From an uncultured virus (IMG/VR IMGVR_UViG_3300042893_001183) (taxonomy: Duplodnaviria > Heunggongvirae > Uroviricota > Caudoviricetes): a stretch of DNA of 64,000 bases. Made by a program: the position numbers and the translations under genes. The stretch lies in the IMG/VR virus record IMGVR_UViG_3300042893_001183; one strand, given 5' to 3'. The notes beneath the pieces were generated by a model. The model saw nothing but the letters and a program-made list of their open reading frames with translations. It was not told the origin of the DNA and searched no databases. This document shows, in pieces, positions 30,119-40,400 of the stretch; the first letter of the stretch is position 1, and each line of letters starts with the position of its first letter.

Positions 30119-31120
30119 TTAATTTTTGTTTGTATTACGTTTTTCTTTTCGTGTTAATTTCATAAATGGTTTGAGGAAATTTACCCAAGCCTCGTCGTTC
30201 TTGGGGAGGTACTTAAAGAGGCCATCCTCCATCATCATTCTCATTAAGTTTTTGTATCCTCTATCTGTGGGGTCAATTGTATCGGTGTGTATTTGTTTTA
30301 CGAGTTCTTTACCTTCATCGGTAATAAGTGGGTTCTCAAGGTCTACAATCTTTTTATTTGTATTATAGAACTCCTCACCAAGTATACCATTTTTTGTCTT
30401 ACCAGTCAAAATATTCTCAAGAGCTTTTGGTTTTTTCTTTTGCTCGTTATTTCGTGCAATATAGAGTAATTCTTCCATAGTACAGGGTTTTTCATGTAAT
30501 TCAGGAAAGAACTTTAATAAAGTCTTTTCCCCCAACCCTTCAATACCATCGATATTGTCGGACTTGTCTCCTGTGAAAATTTTGGTAACTAAAACATTAT
30601 AATGTGGTATGTCAACCTTATTGATAGTTATCATATCTCCGTTCTTAAAATATTGTTTTGAGATTGGAGAATATATGGTAACTCTTTCTGATATGAGTTG
30701 TGTTAAGTCTTTATCTGCAGAGAAGATAATGATATCCTCCTCATTTGATACTTTACAGTAGTAAGCTATCAGGTCATCAGCCTCGTTGTTTATCATTTCA
30801 ACTTGGCGTACGAATATCTCCTCGAGGTATTGTTTAACTCGAGATTTTTGTTGAAGGTATGACTCGTACTTATACTCGTTCATGTCCCTTTTTCTATTCG
30901 CCTTGTATTGTGGATAAATCGTTTTCCTAATAGATGAGTTCGAGTCTCCGTCCCAAAAGACAACAACTTTATCCAAGTTATGTTCTTCAAGAAACTTTTT
31001 TATGATGTTAATGAAGTGGTAGATGCCACCTAAGTGGTCACCCCCATCATACATCCCTCTAACTCCGTGAAATCCAATTTTAAACAGATTGTCTCCGTCT
31101 ACTAATAATGTCTTAATCAC
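30119..31120 (-). CDS. 5'-3' exonuclease/flap endonuclease (T4 RNase H/PolI N-terminal family)
   Basis: LLVDG, YKANR, EADDLIA, SADKDLTQL, GDKSDNIDGIEGLGEKT; GTG start. Confidence 0.93.
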   Translation of the reverse strand: MIKTLLVDGDNLFKIGFHGVRGMYDGGDHLGGIYHFINIIKKFLEEHNLDKVVVFWDGDSNSSIRKTIYPQYKANRKRDMNEYKYESYLQQKSRVKQYLEEIFVRQVEMINNEADDLIAYYCKVSNEEDIIIFSADKDLTQLISERVTIYSPISKQYFKNGDMITINKVDIPHYNVLVTKIFTGDKSDNIDGIEGLGEKTLLKFFPELHEKPCTMEELLYIARNNEQKKKPKALENILTGKTKNGILGEEFYNTNKKIVDLENPLITDEGKELVKQIHTDTIDPTDRGYKNLMRMMMEDGLFKYLPKNDEAWVNFLKPFMKLTRKEKRNTNKN

Positions 31121-31151
31121 ATCCGTGATTTAAATTGTGAAACAATATATA

Positions 31152-32153
31152 CTAATCTTCTTTTTCTTCTTTCAAATCAAAATCGCCATCGGTTCCAATG
31201 ATATCTTTCCAATAGTCTGCGTATTCTTTTTTGTATTTTTCAATTGAAGTTTTCTCTTCCGCAGCTTCTTTACCTGCAATGAATCCGTGTGGTGTAACAA
31301 TAATCTTTCCATCTTCATAACCCAATCCATTGATGTGGTTCTTCATTACAGAAACTTTTGTTCTTGATGCAAACTTAATAGTTCTCTTATCTTTTGTTGC
31401 GGTAATTTTAGTTGTACCCGCACCTTTTTGGTTTCCGAATAAGAACACTAATGATGAGTTTAACCAAATGGCCTCACCACCTTTAGCTTTAATCTTTGGT
31501 TGTCCAAATGGATTGTCAGGTAATTCTACCCATGGTTGGTTAACAATAACCAGAGTGTTTTCATACTTTGAATCTGATTTACGAGACCCTGAAATTCTTT
31601 GGTTAATACCCATACCAATCTTGTCGGCTAAAGTACTTGCATTGTGTTGTTTACCACCTTTACCTTCGAATGTCATCTTACATGGTACAGAACCAACTGA
31701 GTCCCATAAGAATAACAAACTGTAGTCAAGGTTACCTTTCTCTTGTTCGTCTAACAAGTTGTTGATGTAGTCGGTGATTTGTTCGATGTAGTTGAAGTTA
31801 TTGTTGAAGATGTAAAAACCATCCCAATCTAACTCACCCGTTTCTTCATCAACTACTTCATTACAATCAAACCCCATTAATTTGGCGTGTTCAAATGACC
31901 ATTTTTGTTCTGTAATAATAAACACAGGAAGAATACCTTTCTTTTGAGCATCAACCGCAGTCTTTACAAGTGCTGTTGTCTTACCTGTATCTGAGTGACC
32001 AAGTAACATATTCAAGTGTCCTACAGCAGGACCTGGTAAACCAACTGCATCTAAGAAATCAGGACCTAAGTCAAAAAACCTTTGAGGTTTATATTTTGCT
32101 GAAGTCGAGAATTTGTCTTTGATAGACTTAAAATCATTTTTCTTAATTGCCAT
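31152..32153 (-). CDS. recA: RecA/UvsX-like recombinase
   Basis: Walker A GHSDTGKTT, LWDSVG, VIVNQ, KGGEAI, KNHI. Confidence 0.88.
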   Translation of the reverse strand: MAIKKNDFKSIKDKFSTSAKYKPQRFFDLGPDFLDAVGLPGPAVGHLNMLLGHSDTGKTTALVKTAVDAQKKGILPVFIITEQKWSFEHAKLMGFDCNEVVDEETGELDWDGFYIFNNNFNYIEQITDYINNLLDEQEKGNLDYSLLFLWDSVGSVPCKMTFEGKGGKQHNASTLADKIGMGINQRISGSRKSDSKYENTLVIVNQPWVELPDNPFGQPKIKAKGGEAIWLNSSLVFLFGNQKGAGTTKITATKDKRTIKFASRTKVSVMKNHINGLGYEDGKIIVTPHGFIAGKEAAEEKTSIEKYKKEYADYWKDIIGTDGDFDLKEEKED

Positions 32154-32436
32154 TTTCTATTCTTTTAATATTCGGTAATTTATTTGCCTTTGTTTTATTA
32201 TAGAAAAAATTATCTTCTTCATATAAAACTCCTATCTCCTCTTCGTGAAAAGTTATTAATCTTAGATTTAATTCTCCTTCTTCACTTTCTTCTTTTAACA
32301 TACCAAACAAAACAGTATCACCGATTTGCTTACCTCTACCTGAGAAGTATCCTTTGTCTTTTAGTTGACTCAAGATTTCATAGGACAACATTTTATTGTC
32401 TTTTAACTGTAAGTCAATTTCTTCTTTAAACGTCAT
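32143..32436 (-). CDS. Hypothetical protein
   Basis: 97-aa ORF overlapping the recA start. Confidence 0.6.
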   Translation of the reverse strand: MTFKEEIDLQLKDNKMLSYEILSQLKDKGYFSGRGKQIGDTVLFGMLKEESEEGELNLRLITFHEEEIGVLYEEDNFFYNKTKANKLPNIKRIENGN

Positions 32437-32441
32437 GTTAT

Positions 32442-32474
32442 AAAAAAATTAAAGGGTGGGGGATTCCCACCCTT
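32442..32474 (-). terminator. Hairpin/terminator after the SSB gene
   Basis: aagggtggg/cccaccctt stem with T-rich run on the minus strand. Confidence 0.7.
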
Positions 32475-32482
32475 GTTATAAA

Positions 32483-33343
32483 TTAGAACGGTAAATCTCC
32501 GTCTGGTTCGTCATCCGATTGTGGGTCTAAAGTTACAGCTGGTGTAGATTTAGAAGTTCCACCACCAAAAGACTCGGTAGCCACTGAATTACTTTCGTAA
32601 ACATATCCACCCTTTTCAGTATCCCATTTTGGAGTCTCTCCACGAGCAATCGCTTCAAGGTAGTCAATAGGTTTTTTAGAATAAACATCTAACCAAGTTA
32701 ACTCATTATTAATCCATGCACTTGCTTGTGCCGCGTCTGTATGAACAGGAGCTGGGTCGTCGTACATAATTGTAGATACAGTTGTGTACTCCTTACCTTT
32801 TGGAGTTTTAGCTTTAGATAACTCAATGATTAAGTCACGGCCTTTTTCAGCGTCAGTGATATCACCTTTGTTTCTCCAAATTGGAATGATTTTATCTAAG
32901 ATACCATCATTCTTGTAATTGTGTTTGAATCTCCAAAATTTTGGACCATCTTCTTCGTGGTCTCTGTCGATAACCTTAACGATATAAAATTTACGAGAAC
33001 GGTATTGAGCTGCTAACAATTTGTCAGACTCTTTACCTGTTGCAATTAACTCTTCGTAAACCTCGTTTAAAGGTGAACGTTCGTTATCGTTCTTACCTGG
33101 GTCGTAGAACTTTTGCCATTGGCCACCTACTTGGATTTCGTGGTACCATGCTTCTTTGAATGGTGAAGAACCATCTGTGGTAGGAAGAATTCTTACTCTT
33201 CTCTGACCTGACTTCTCTTTATCCCCAAGGATTAAAGCGAAATACCTTTTCATTCTTTCGTCTTGCGACATTTTACTTTGGGCCCCGCCCGATGCATTTT
33301 GTGTTTTTTCGTACTGTGCCAATACGGCGTCTAATGAACTCAT
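32483..33343 (-). CDS. Single-stranded DNA-binding protein, T4 gp32-like
   Basis: RVRILP..DGSSPF..W.H, DITDAEKGRDL, acidic tail DDEPDGDLPF; next to recA. Confidence 0.8.
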   Translation of the reverse strand: MSSLDAVLAQYEKTQNASGGAQSKMSQDERMKRYFALILGDKEKSGQRRVRILPTTDGSSPFKEAWYHEIQVGGQWQKFYDPGKNDNERSPLNEVYEELIATGKESDKLLAAQYRSRKFYIVKVIDRDHEEDGPKFWRFKHNYKNDGILDKIIPIWRNKGDITDAEKGRDLIIELSKAKTPKGKEYTTVSTIMYDDPAPVHTDAAQASAWINNELTWLDVYSKKPIDYLEAIARGETPKWDTEKGGYVYESNSVATESFGGGTSKSTPAVTLDPQSDDEPDGDLPF

Positions 33344-33377
33344 GTTTTTTAAGTTTTAAATTATTAAATGTGTTATA

Positions 33378-33409
33378 CAATTATAGGTGAGTCTATGTAT
33401 TTTGTCAAA
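33378..33409 (-). promoter_or_regulatory. Early/middle promoter for the replication block
   Basis: TTGACA (33408-33403), 17 nt, TATAAT (33385-33380). Confidence 0.8.
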
Positions 33410-33410
33410 T

Positions 33411-33435
33411 AAAAAAGGTGTCTTTCGACACCTTT
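33411..33435 (-). terminator. Intrinsic terminator
   Basis: aaaggtgtc-GAAA-gacaccttt followed by a T run on the minus strand. Confidence 0.8.
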
Positions 33436-33438
33436 AAA

Positions 33439-34143
33439 TTATTTAAATGAAGTTTTGTATGTGTCCGTTTCGGGAGCTCCTCCAGGTTGAAATGAATTTT
33501 TAATGTCTGCTACGTTAATGTCTTTGACCTCGTCAGCAGTTAAAATGTAATCATTTTTTCCTGTCTTTTCCATTTCTTCTGATTTATCATCAAAAAATTG
33601 TGAAAGTTTTTGGTTGAATGGATATGAATCGTAAGTTCTTAATTCTAATTTTTCTTGTGGAGTTTTTTCTCTGTATTTTTCAATTTTAGCTTCAAGTGAA
33701 TTTAATTTATTCATGATGTTATCCATCTCTCCAAGTCTTGATTGTAAATCATTTAATTGTCCAAATAGATTGTTAAAATATTCTTCTTGTTTTGTTTCAA
33801 TGCTTTTTTGTGAGTCTACTAAATCTGTAATATCAAGTTCTTCAGATTCACCTTCTCCTTCATTGCTTTTTTCTTCAGACTCTCCGTCATCATTAAGTTT
33901 CTCAACGTCAGGGTCGTTTTCAACGTCTAAAGGTTCTCCACCTGCTGGTGCTGGGGCTGGAGGTGGTACCGCACCTGCATCTGCTGGAGGTGGTGGAGCT
34001 CCTGCTCCTACGTCTCCTGGTAATGGTGCTAATGGACCTAAATCTTGTTCAGGTGCCGCAACGTCAGCCGCTTGTTCCATGATGTATTGATTGATACTTC
34101 TGTATCTATCAATTTCACTTAATATTTTTTTATCTAAACTCAT
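33439..34143 (-). CDS. Acidic, Pro-rich, coiled-coil hypothetical protein (possible internal head protein)
   Basis: 234 aa; APPPPADAG linker; heptad C-terminal half. Confidence 0.6.
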   Translation of the reverse strand: MSLDKKILSEIDRYRSINQYIMEQAADVAAPEQDLGPLAPLPGDVGAGAPPPPADAGAVPPPAPAPAGGEPLDVENDPDVEKLNDDGESEEKSNEGEGESEELDITDLVDSQKSIETKQEEYFNNLFGQLNDLQSRLGEMDNIMNKLNSLEAKIEKYREKTPQEKLELRTYDSYPFNQKLSQFFDDKSEEMEKTGKNDYILTADEVKDINVADIKNSFQPGGAPETDTYKTSFK

Positions 34144-34148
34144 TTGTT

Positions 34149-34373
34149 TTATCCGTTTAATAGTTGTTTTATTCCTCTTGATGTTTCTACTCTAACTTTT
34201 CTGTTAGCGTTAACTTGATGACCTGCTCTTTCAATTAGCCCGTCTCTTTCTCTAACGGTGTAACAATCCCCTGTGTCTAAATCACATACTTGTTTTGTTC
34301 CGTCTCCGTTATCTTCTTCAGAATATCTTGTTGATTTTCCTAAGTAGTTGTCTAATGCTGTTTTTATGTTCAT
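34149..34373 (-). CDS. Small hypothetical protein
   Basis: 74 aa, VCDLDTGDCY; preceded by TATTTATA. Confidence 0.65.
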   Translation of the reverse strand: MNIKTALDNYLGKSTRYSEEDNGDGTKQVCDLDTGDCYTVRERDGLIERAGHQVNANRKVRVETSRGIKQLLNG

Positions 34374-34404
34374 AAGAATCTTTCTATATAAATATGTTGT
34401 TATG

Positions 34405-37400
34405 CTATAAAGTGAAAATTGGGCTATATACCGTTTGTGTTAACACTTGACCGCCTATTGGTCCAGTATAACCATAAGGTCGATAGTCTACTCTTAGTTT
34501 AAAACTTCCTAAACTGTTTACCGTTACTAGATTGGTATATTTGGTGTCATCGCCTCCACTTGAACTATATGAAACTAAATCATTATTCAAATCAACAACA
34601 TATTTGCTACCATAATTAGCAGTACTAAATTCAGGTGCGTCAAACTTAAATGTTATGTAACCACCCGCTGGCTTTTTAACGTTGAAATATTGCCATCCAT
34701 CGCCTTGTAATGAATCATACTCTCCAACTTTAATTATTGAAATTGCTTTTTGAGCAAATGTTCTTCCTGTTGTTGTCCCTGTTGTTGACGATGTAACAGT
34801 ATTTGAAATTGCATCTCCAACATTTCTATCTGTTAAGAATAAGTTGAAATTATATGTTTGAATAACATCCTGAGGATTTTTGACATTATCTGTAGGCCTC
34901 ACATAAAGTTCAATGCTTGCGTAAATCTTAGAATTTTCTAATTCTTCATCGTCAAGACTTTGTCTAAATTCATCCAACATTTGAGCTCTATTAATTGAGA
35001 ACTGTTGTTGGTCAGCAGAAACATATCCTAACAATCTACTTCCACTTGCAGTTGTAATTGTTTGACCTTTATATTTTCCATCAGGGCCAGGTGTAATTTG
35101 AATAACTTTATAATTGAAGTTTGGTTGCGTATCGATTTTCCAAGCTCCTGCATCAGGTCCGACTTGTACCGTTAATTGTGTATTACTTCCAATTAAATCT
35201 TTTGTATCCGTCACCGCACTAAGAACGATAGGCCCTGTATTTTGTGGGTTAAGATTAGATGACACAAGTTTTGTGTCAGTAATTCCTGTTGTTGCAGAAT
35301 ATGGTGGTATTTTATTTGCCGCCGCTGGATTCGTATATGAACCTGGCGATGATGATGTAACACCACTTAAGGCTGGATTATAATTAAACAATACTGCTCC
35401 TGTAAATGTTCCATGGTTAGTTTTAACTTCAATTTTACCTGAAGCCGCAACAGTTCCTGTGGCAATCTGAGGTACAACAAATCTTAATGTTTCATCATTA
35501 TAGATTGTTACATCTTTAAACGGAACAACTTTATTCATAAGTTTAAGTTCTTTAGTTGTTGATAGATATCTACCATTAACTTGAACAATTGTTCCTGTAT
35601 ATCCTGATAACGGAGCAAATGATGTAAATACTGGCGGAGGACATAAATTGGTTGAGGTAGCACCCGAAGCCGATACAAGTGGAGTGACTGTCGTAGTCCC
35701 TAATGATGATGTTGTAGTTGCTGTTATTGTTAACGCGGCTTTTATTTTATTAATATTTTGTTGGATGGTAGATTTTAAATCTTTAGAAGCATTTAAACTT
35801 GACAACCCAACATTGACTGCAGAATCTAAAGCCTTATATAAGGTATCCGTTGTTGGTTTAAATTCAGCAGTATTTGCGTCGTAATACTCAGGACTAACAT
35901 TAGAACCTGGCCAATCACAAATATAATATTTTGCCAATCCTCCTGTTAAAATTCTTGGAATATTTGGTTCAATTCTAGCTCCCATAAATCTAACATATGA
36001 GTCAAGAGTGTCAAAATGTGTCACAGGGTGTGATATGTTTGTTGACGCATTACTTTTAGACTTAACACAACTATATACCGTCGATAATTGAGTTGTTTGA
36101 GACCCCCAATCAACATCTAAAGAAATCATACCTAAGTTATTATTCCATCCGTTAAACGCTCCATTTTTGCTACTTGAGTTTTGTTGGAAAGTTTTAAGAT
36201 ACGACATACAATATACAATTGTTTGAAGACTTTCATTATTTGGAAATACTCTTTTTAAAGTATCTGCCAATGTTTTCTCATTTATTGGAATTAAATCACC
36301 TTTAACAGAAACATATTTACCAGGTGTATTAACAGGGTTATATACTTTAAGAACATTACCTTCACAAGAATTAGTAGTGTCTAAAGTGTTATCCGCCTTT
36401 TGAGAAATTTGTTTTGCTTTAATAGCATTTGTTGTTCCAGATACCGTAACACTATCTTTATTAATTTTAAGAAGCTCTTCTAACTTAGTAATAAGATTTT
36501 GGTTAATACTCTGTAAGAAAGTATCAATTGCAGGTAAGTCATAAATACCCTGTCTAACCCCTGTAAATGTTGTTTGAAAATTACCAGGTTGTATAGTATG
36601 TTGTACATCTTGAATCATATACGGACCATTAAACATTGGAACGTGTCTTAAGTTAAAATACATTGTTGGTTGTAATAAGGCATTACCTAAACAAACAACA
36701 CTACATTTATAACTTCTTTGTTTATAAAGATTATATAAACTTACGTTTTGTGTTGCGGTTTGTCTACCTGACGATTGGTCAACCATATTCAATTGAGTAT
36801 TAATTGATTCTGATGTTGCGCTACCATTGTCTTGACTAACACTAAACGAATAGAATATATTTTGATTTCTAATACCAATATCCACGTTGAATCCAACGCA
36901 TTTATTTGATACCGCCCAATCTTTTTTACCTTTTTGGTCTTCAATTAATGGGTTTTCAGAAGCTCTTCTCATTTCAAACGCATCATCTCTAAACTTGAAG
37001 TTTCCTTTAGGTAGGTCTAAATATTGTGAAGGTTTACCTGCATAAAAACAAACCATTTTTGGGCCTGATTTTCTATAATCAACATCCAAATATGTACCCC
37101 ACATACTATTAGCAAAATCTAACGAACCTTCAGCCTTTGGAATTGTGGTTCCGTCAACATCTTGTACGTTGTAAAAATTAACATATGCTGGCAGGTTCAT
37201 AACATTAAAGTTATTCTTAATAAGAATACCGCTAATAAAAGTATAAACACTCATGGCTTGGTTAAGAGAGTATTCTCCATTACCTTTACCTCCTCCAAAC
37301 ATATATTTTAAATCAAAGATATCTAATAAGATTGTATCTCCAATATTTCTTGAGGCTCTATCTAAAAACATAATATCCTCAAATAGTGTTTTAGTTTTGT

Positions 37401-40400
37401 AATCACCTCCAGAAATCCATTTATCGTTTAACGCTTTAAACACTTCATAGTTCTCAACTTTACTTTGTTCTCCACTAATAACACTTTGTACCGTACTAGA
37501 AGGAATTTGTTGTTGATTTGGTAGAGCGGCTCTAACACCTGATAATACTCCATTTAAGAAATTATTTTGTAAATCTGTTTCTAAACCAAGATATTGAGTA
37601 AGGTTATTTTTAAATTGTACAACAGTCATTGTTGGACTCTTTAACTTTTGAGTTGCAAACATTTTAATCAATGGTGTCAATAATACCACGTTTTGAGCAG
37701 TGAACTCAATGTTATTATCAATAAAGAAATCCGTAATATATGAACCATTAGATGTATAGGTAACTCCACTAATTGTGGAGAATCCAACATTAGTTTCAAG
37801 TGCGTTCCAAGCTGTAGGATTTAATAATTTAGATTGAGTTAGTGTTAACGTTCCCCCGTTAATTGGTAAAGTTCCTTTAACGTAAGGATTAAATGTTATT
37901 GGGTCAACAACTAATTGTTGTCCGTTATATGACAGGTAGGAATTAAAAATTCTGTAATCATAATTAGATGGATTACCATACCTAAAAATAATATCGTATT
38001 CCATAAACGCTCTAACTCCATTTTGAAATACGTCATATTGTGATTGGATTGTCCCATTAAAATAATCAGTATCTGTTTGTCCTTTAGATTGAGCAGGTAC
38101 CATCATTAATGTTTTAAATAACGATTGAAAGTTTTTGTAATTGGCATTTATATTAACGGGACTTTGTCCAAAAGTAACAGTATAGTCACTAACATCCGTG
38201 TTACTCATAGACTTTGAGAAATTTAAAAACTCTTGTTCAAAAGTATCTAAAATTCTTTTTTCAAAAACCGAAAATACTTCTTCAATTTTTGAATATGAAT
38301 TTGTACTTAAAAAATGAACAGGTGTTTGAGTGTTTCCTGTATTAATAAAATTAAGATATGAATCAGGATTTGGGTATGCTATTTGATTATTATCGTAATA
38401 TCCAAAATTTGGGGCTGACCATAAACATCTAACTGAACCATTATATACACTATTATTTGATGTTAAATTTACTTTGGTTCCAACAGAAGTTGTAACACCT
38501 GTTATACATGCTCCTACTGTTTGGTTTAATGGTGTACCAAAAGATGGTATAACAAAATATTGTTCTCCCTTTGTATTATCTTTAGGGTCACAATCTACAG
38601 ATATTTCAGGTGTTAAATCAGGTACTAAAACAGACCATGTAATTAATCTTAAATTTTTAGTTCCTTGGGTAGCATTATTAATGTTTGAATCCAAAAAGTT
38701 ATACATTTTTAATCCACCATTAACACTTTCTTGTATCTCTTGATTAGTATATCCACTATACAAATTATACCCATTATAAAAAATATTAAAATCATTAACT
38801 AACTTAGGATAGAATCCAACTTGCATATTTGCATCAGTCGTTGTTTCATCTTGTAATACAACAGTTCTATCAACACCACTATATTTGAATACATACGGTT
38901 TTGTAGTACTCCCTGAAATTGGGTCGTAGTTTAAACTATAGTCAAAGTTTTTCCAAACATCTGTTAAGATATCAACACCAGTATCTTTATATTTTTTATA
39001 TCTATGCCAAACGGAACCATACTTTATCATCCAAGCGTATGGTATTTTATGTATTGCGCCAAATTTATTAAAACACGAAGCAATATAATCTAAATCAGTT
39101 ATTTTTGGACCGTCAGTTGTTATTGTACCGTCAGTTGTTGTTTTATATTTTTCTCTTAAACTCGCTAATGGTAATGAATTAAGAAAAAGATACGCCGCTT
39201 GAACATAAGGGTATTGGTCGTTAGTTTTTGAATTGGCAACCCCGTTTTGAATTGCATTAACAAAGTATGGTGTATTCAACATTGATGTTGTTGTTCTCGG
39301 TCCTAAAAACCCTGTTGGTGTTGTATAGTCACAATAACCCTCAGTTGCAATAAAATTATTAGGTGTCCTTGTTGTATAAAATGATGATAACCCTGGTATT
39401 GCACCTGGATAAATTCCTGAAGCTATAGCAACTAAAGTTGGGTTTTGTCTTAACAAATAAGAAAAGTTAGTTACAGGTCTATTTGTTTTATAGTCATTTA
39501 CGTCACTAAAGTTTGAGATAATCTTTCTTGGTTCAAAAACTTTTAATGTTTTTTTAGTATCATAAACTTGAGTACCAAAAGATGTCGAACTTTGATTTAA
39601 ATTATTTAAACACCATGATGAGTCAGTAAATGGTAAGGTATCAACAACCATAGGTTCGTTAGACGCGTTCGCAATTAATTTTGCAAGAGCTTCGGACTTG
39701 GTACTAAGTTGTGGTATTTTACCTAAGTCATTAATACTTAATACACTATACGAATTATTAGTGATAGATTTAATATATGGTGTTACAAAGAAATCTCTAA
39801 TATGGTCTTGATATGCTCTACCTGTACCCATATTTGATATGGTACTCAAAAATTGTTCGTAGTTAGATGCGTTTAACCCATAATTTTTTAATTTGAACGT
39901 AATATATGGTGAACTCACCCCTAAACTTGTTGTAATATTGCTAACCTCAGTTTCAATATTAAGTTTAAGTAAGTCATTAATTTGACCTAAGTTAGCCCTA
40001 ACTAATCCTGAATAATGTGAAGTTAAAAATTGTCTCTCCCATATTTCATAATAAAATTTAATTTCTTCTTTATTCTCATAGGCAATTCCTAATGACGGAA
40101 ATTCAATTGGGTTAATATTAATAATATTTGTATCTCTTTGATTTGCCAATGGAGGGGCGGCAGTAGGGTTTTGAAACTTCATTGTAAGTCCTTTCATATA
40201 CTCTTCCACAAATTGTACCTCAGGCCATTTAGAATAATCGCCTCCTTTTGTTCTATCAATAACTGTTGGGTCCGCAATATACTTTAATTGGAACCTACCC
40301 TTTTTGTCTTCGGGTGTTTCTACAAAAAATTGTGGCCAAGGATATACAGGAATTTGTGCATTCTCAGCTGCGGTATTACCTAATAAAGAACCTTGTGTTT

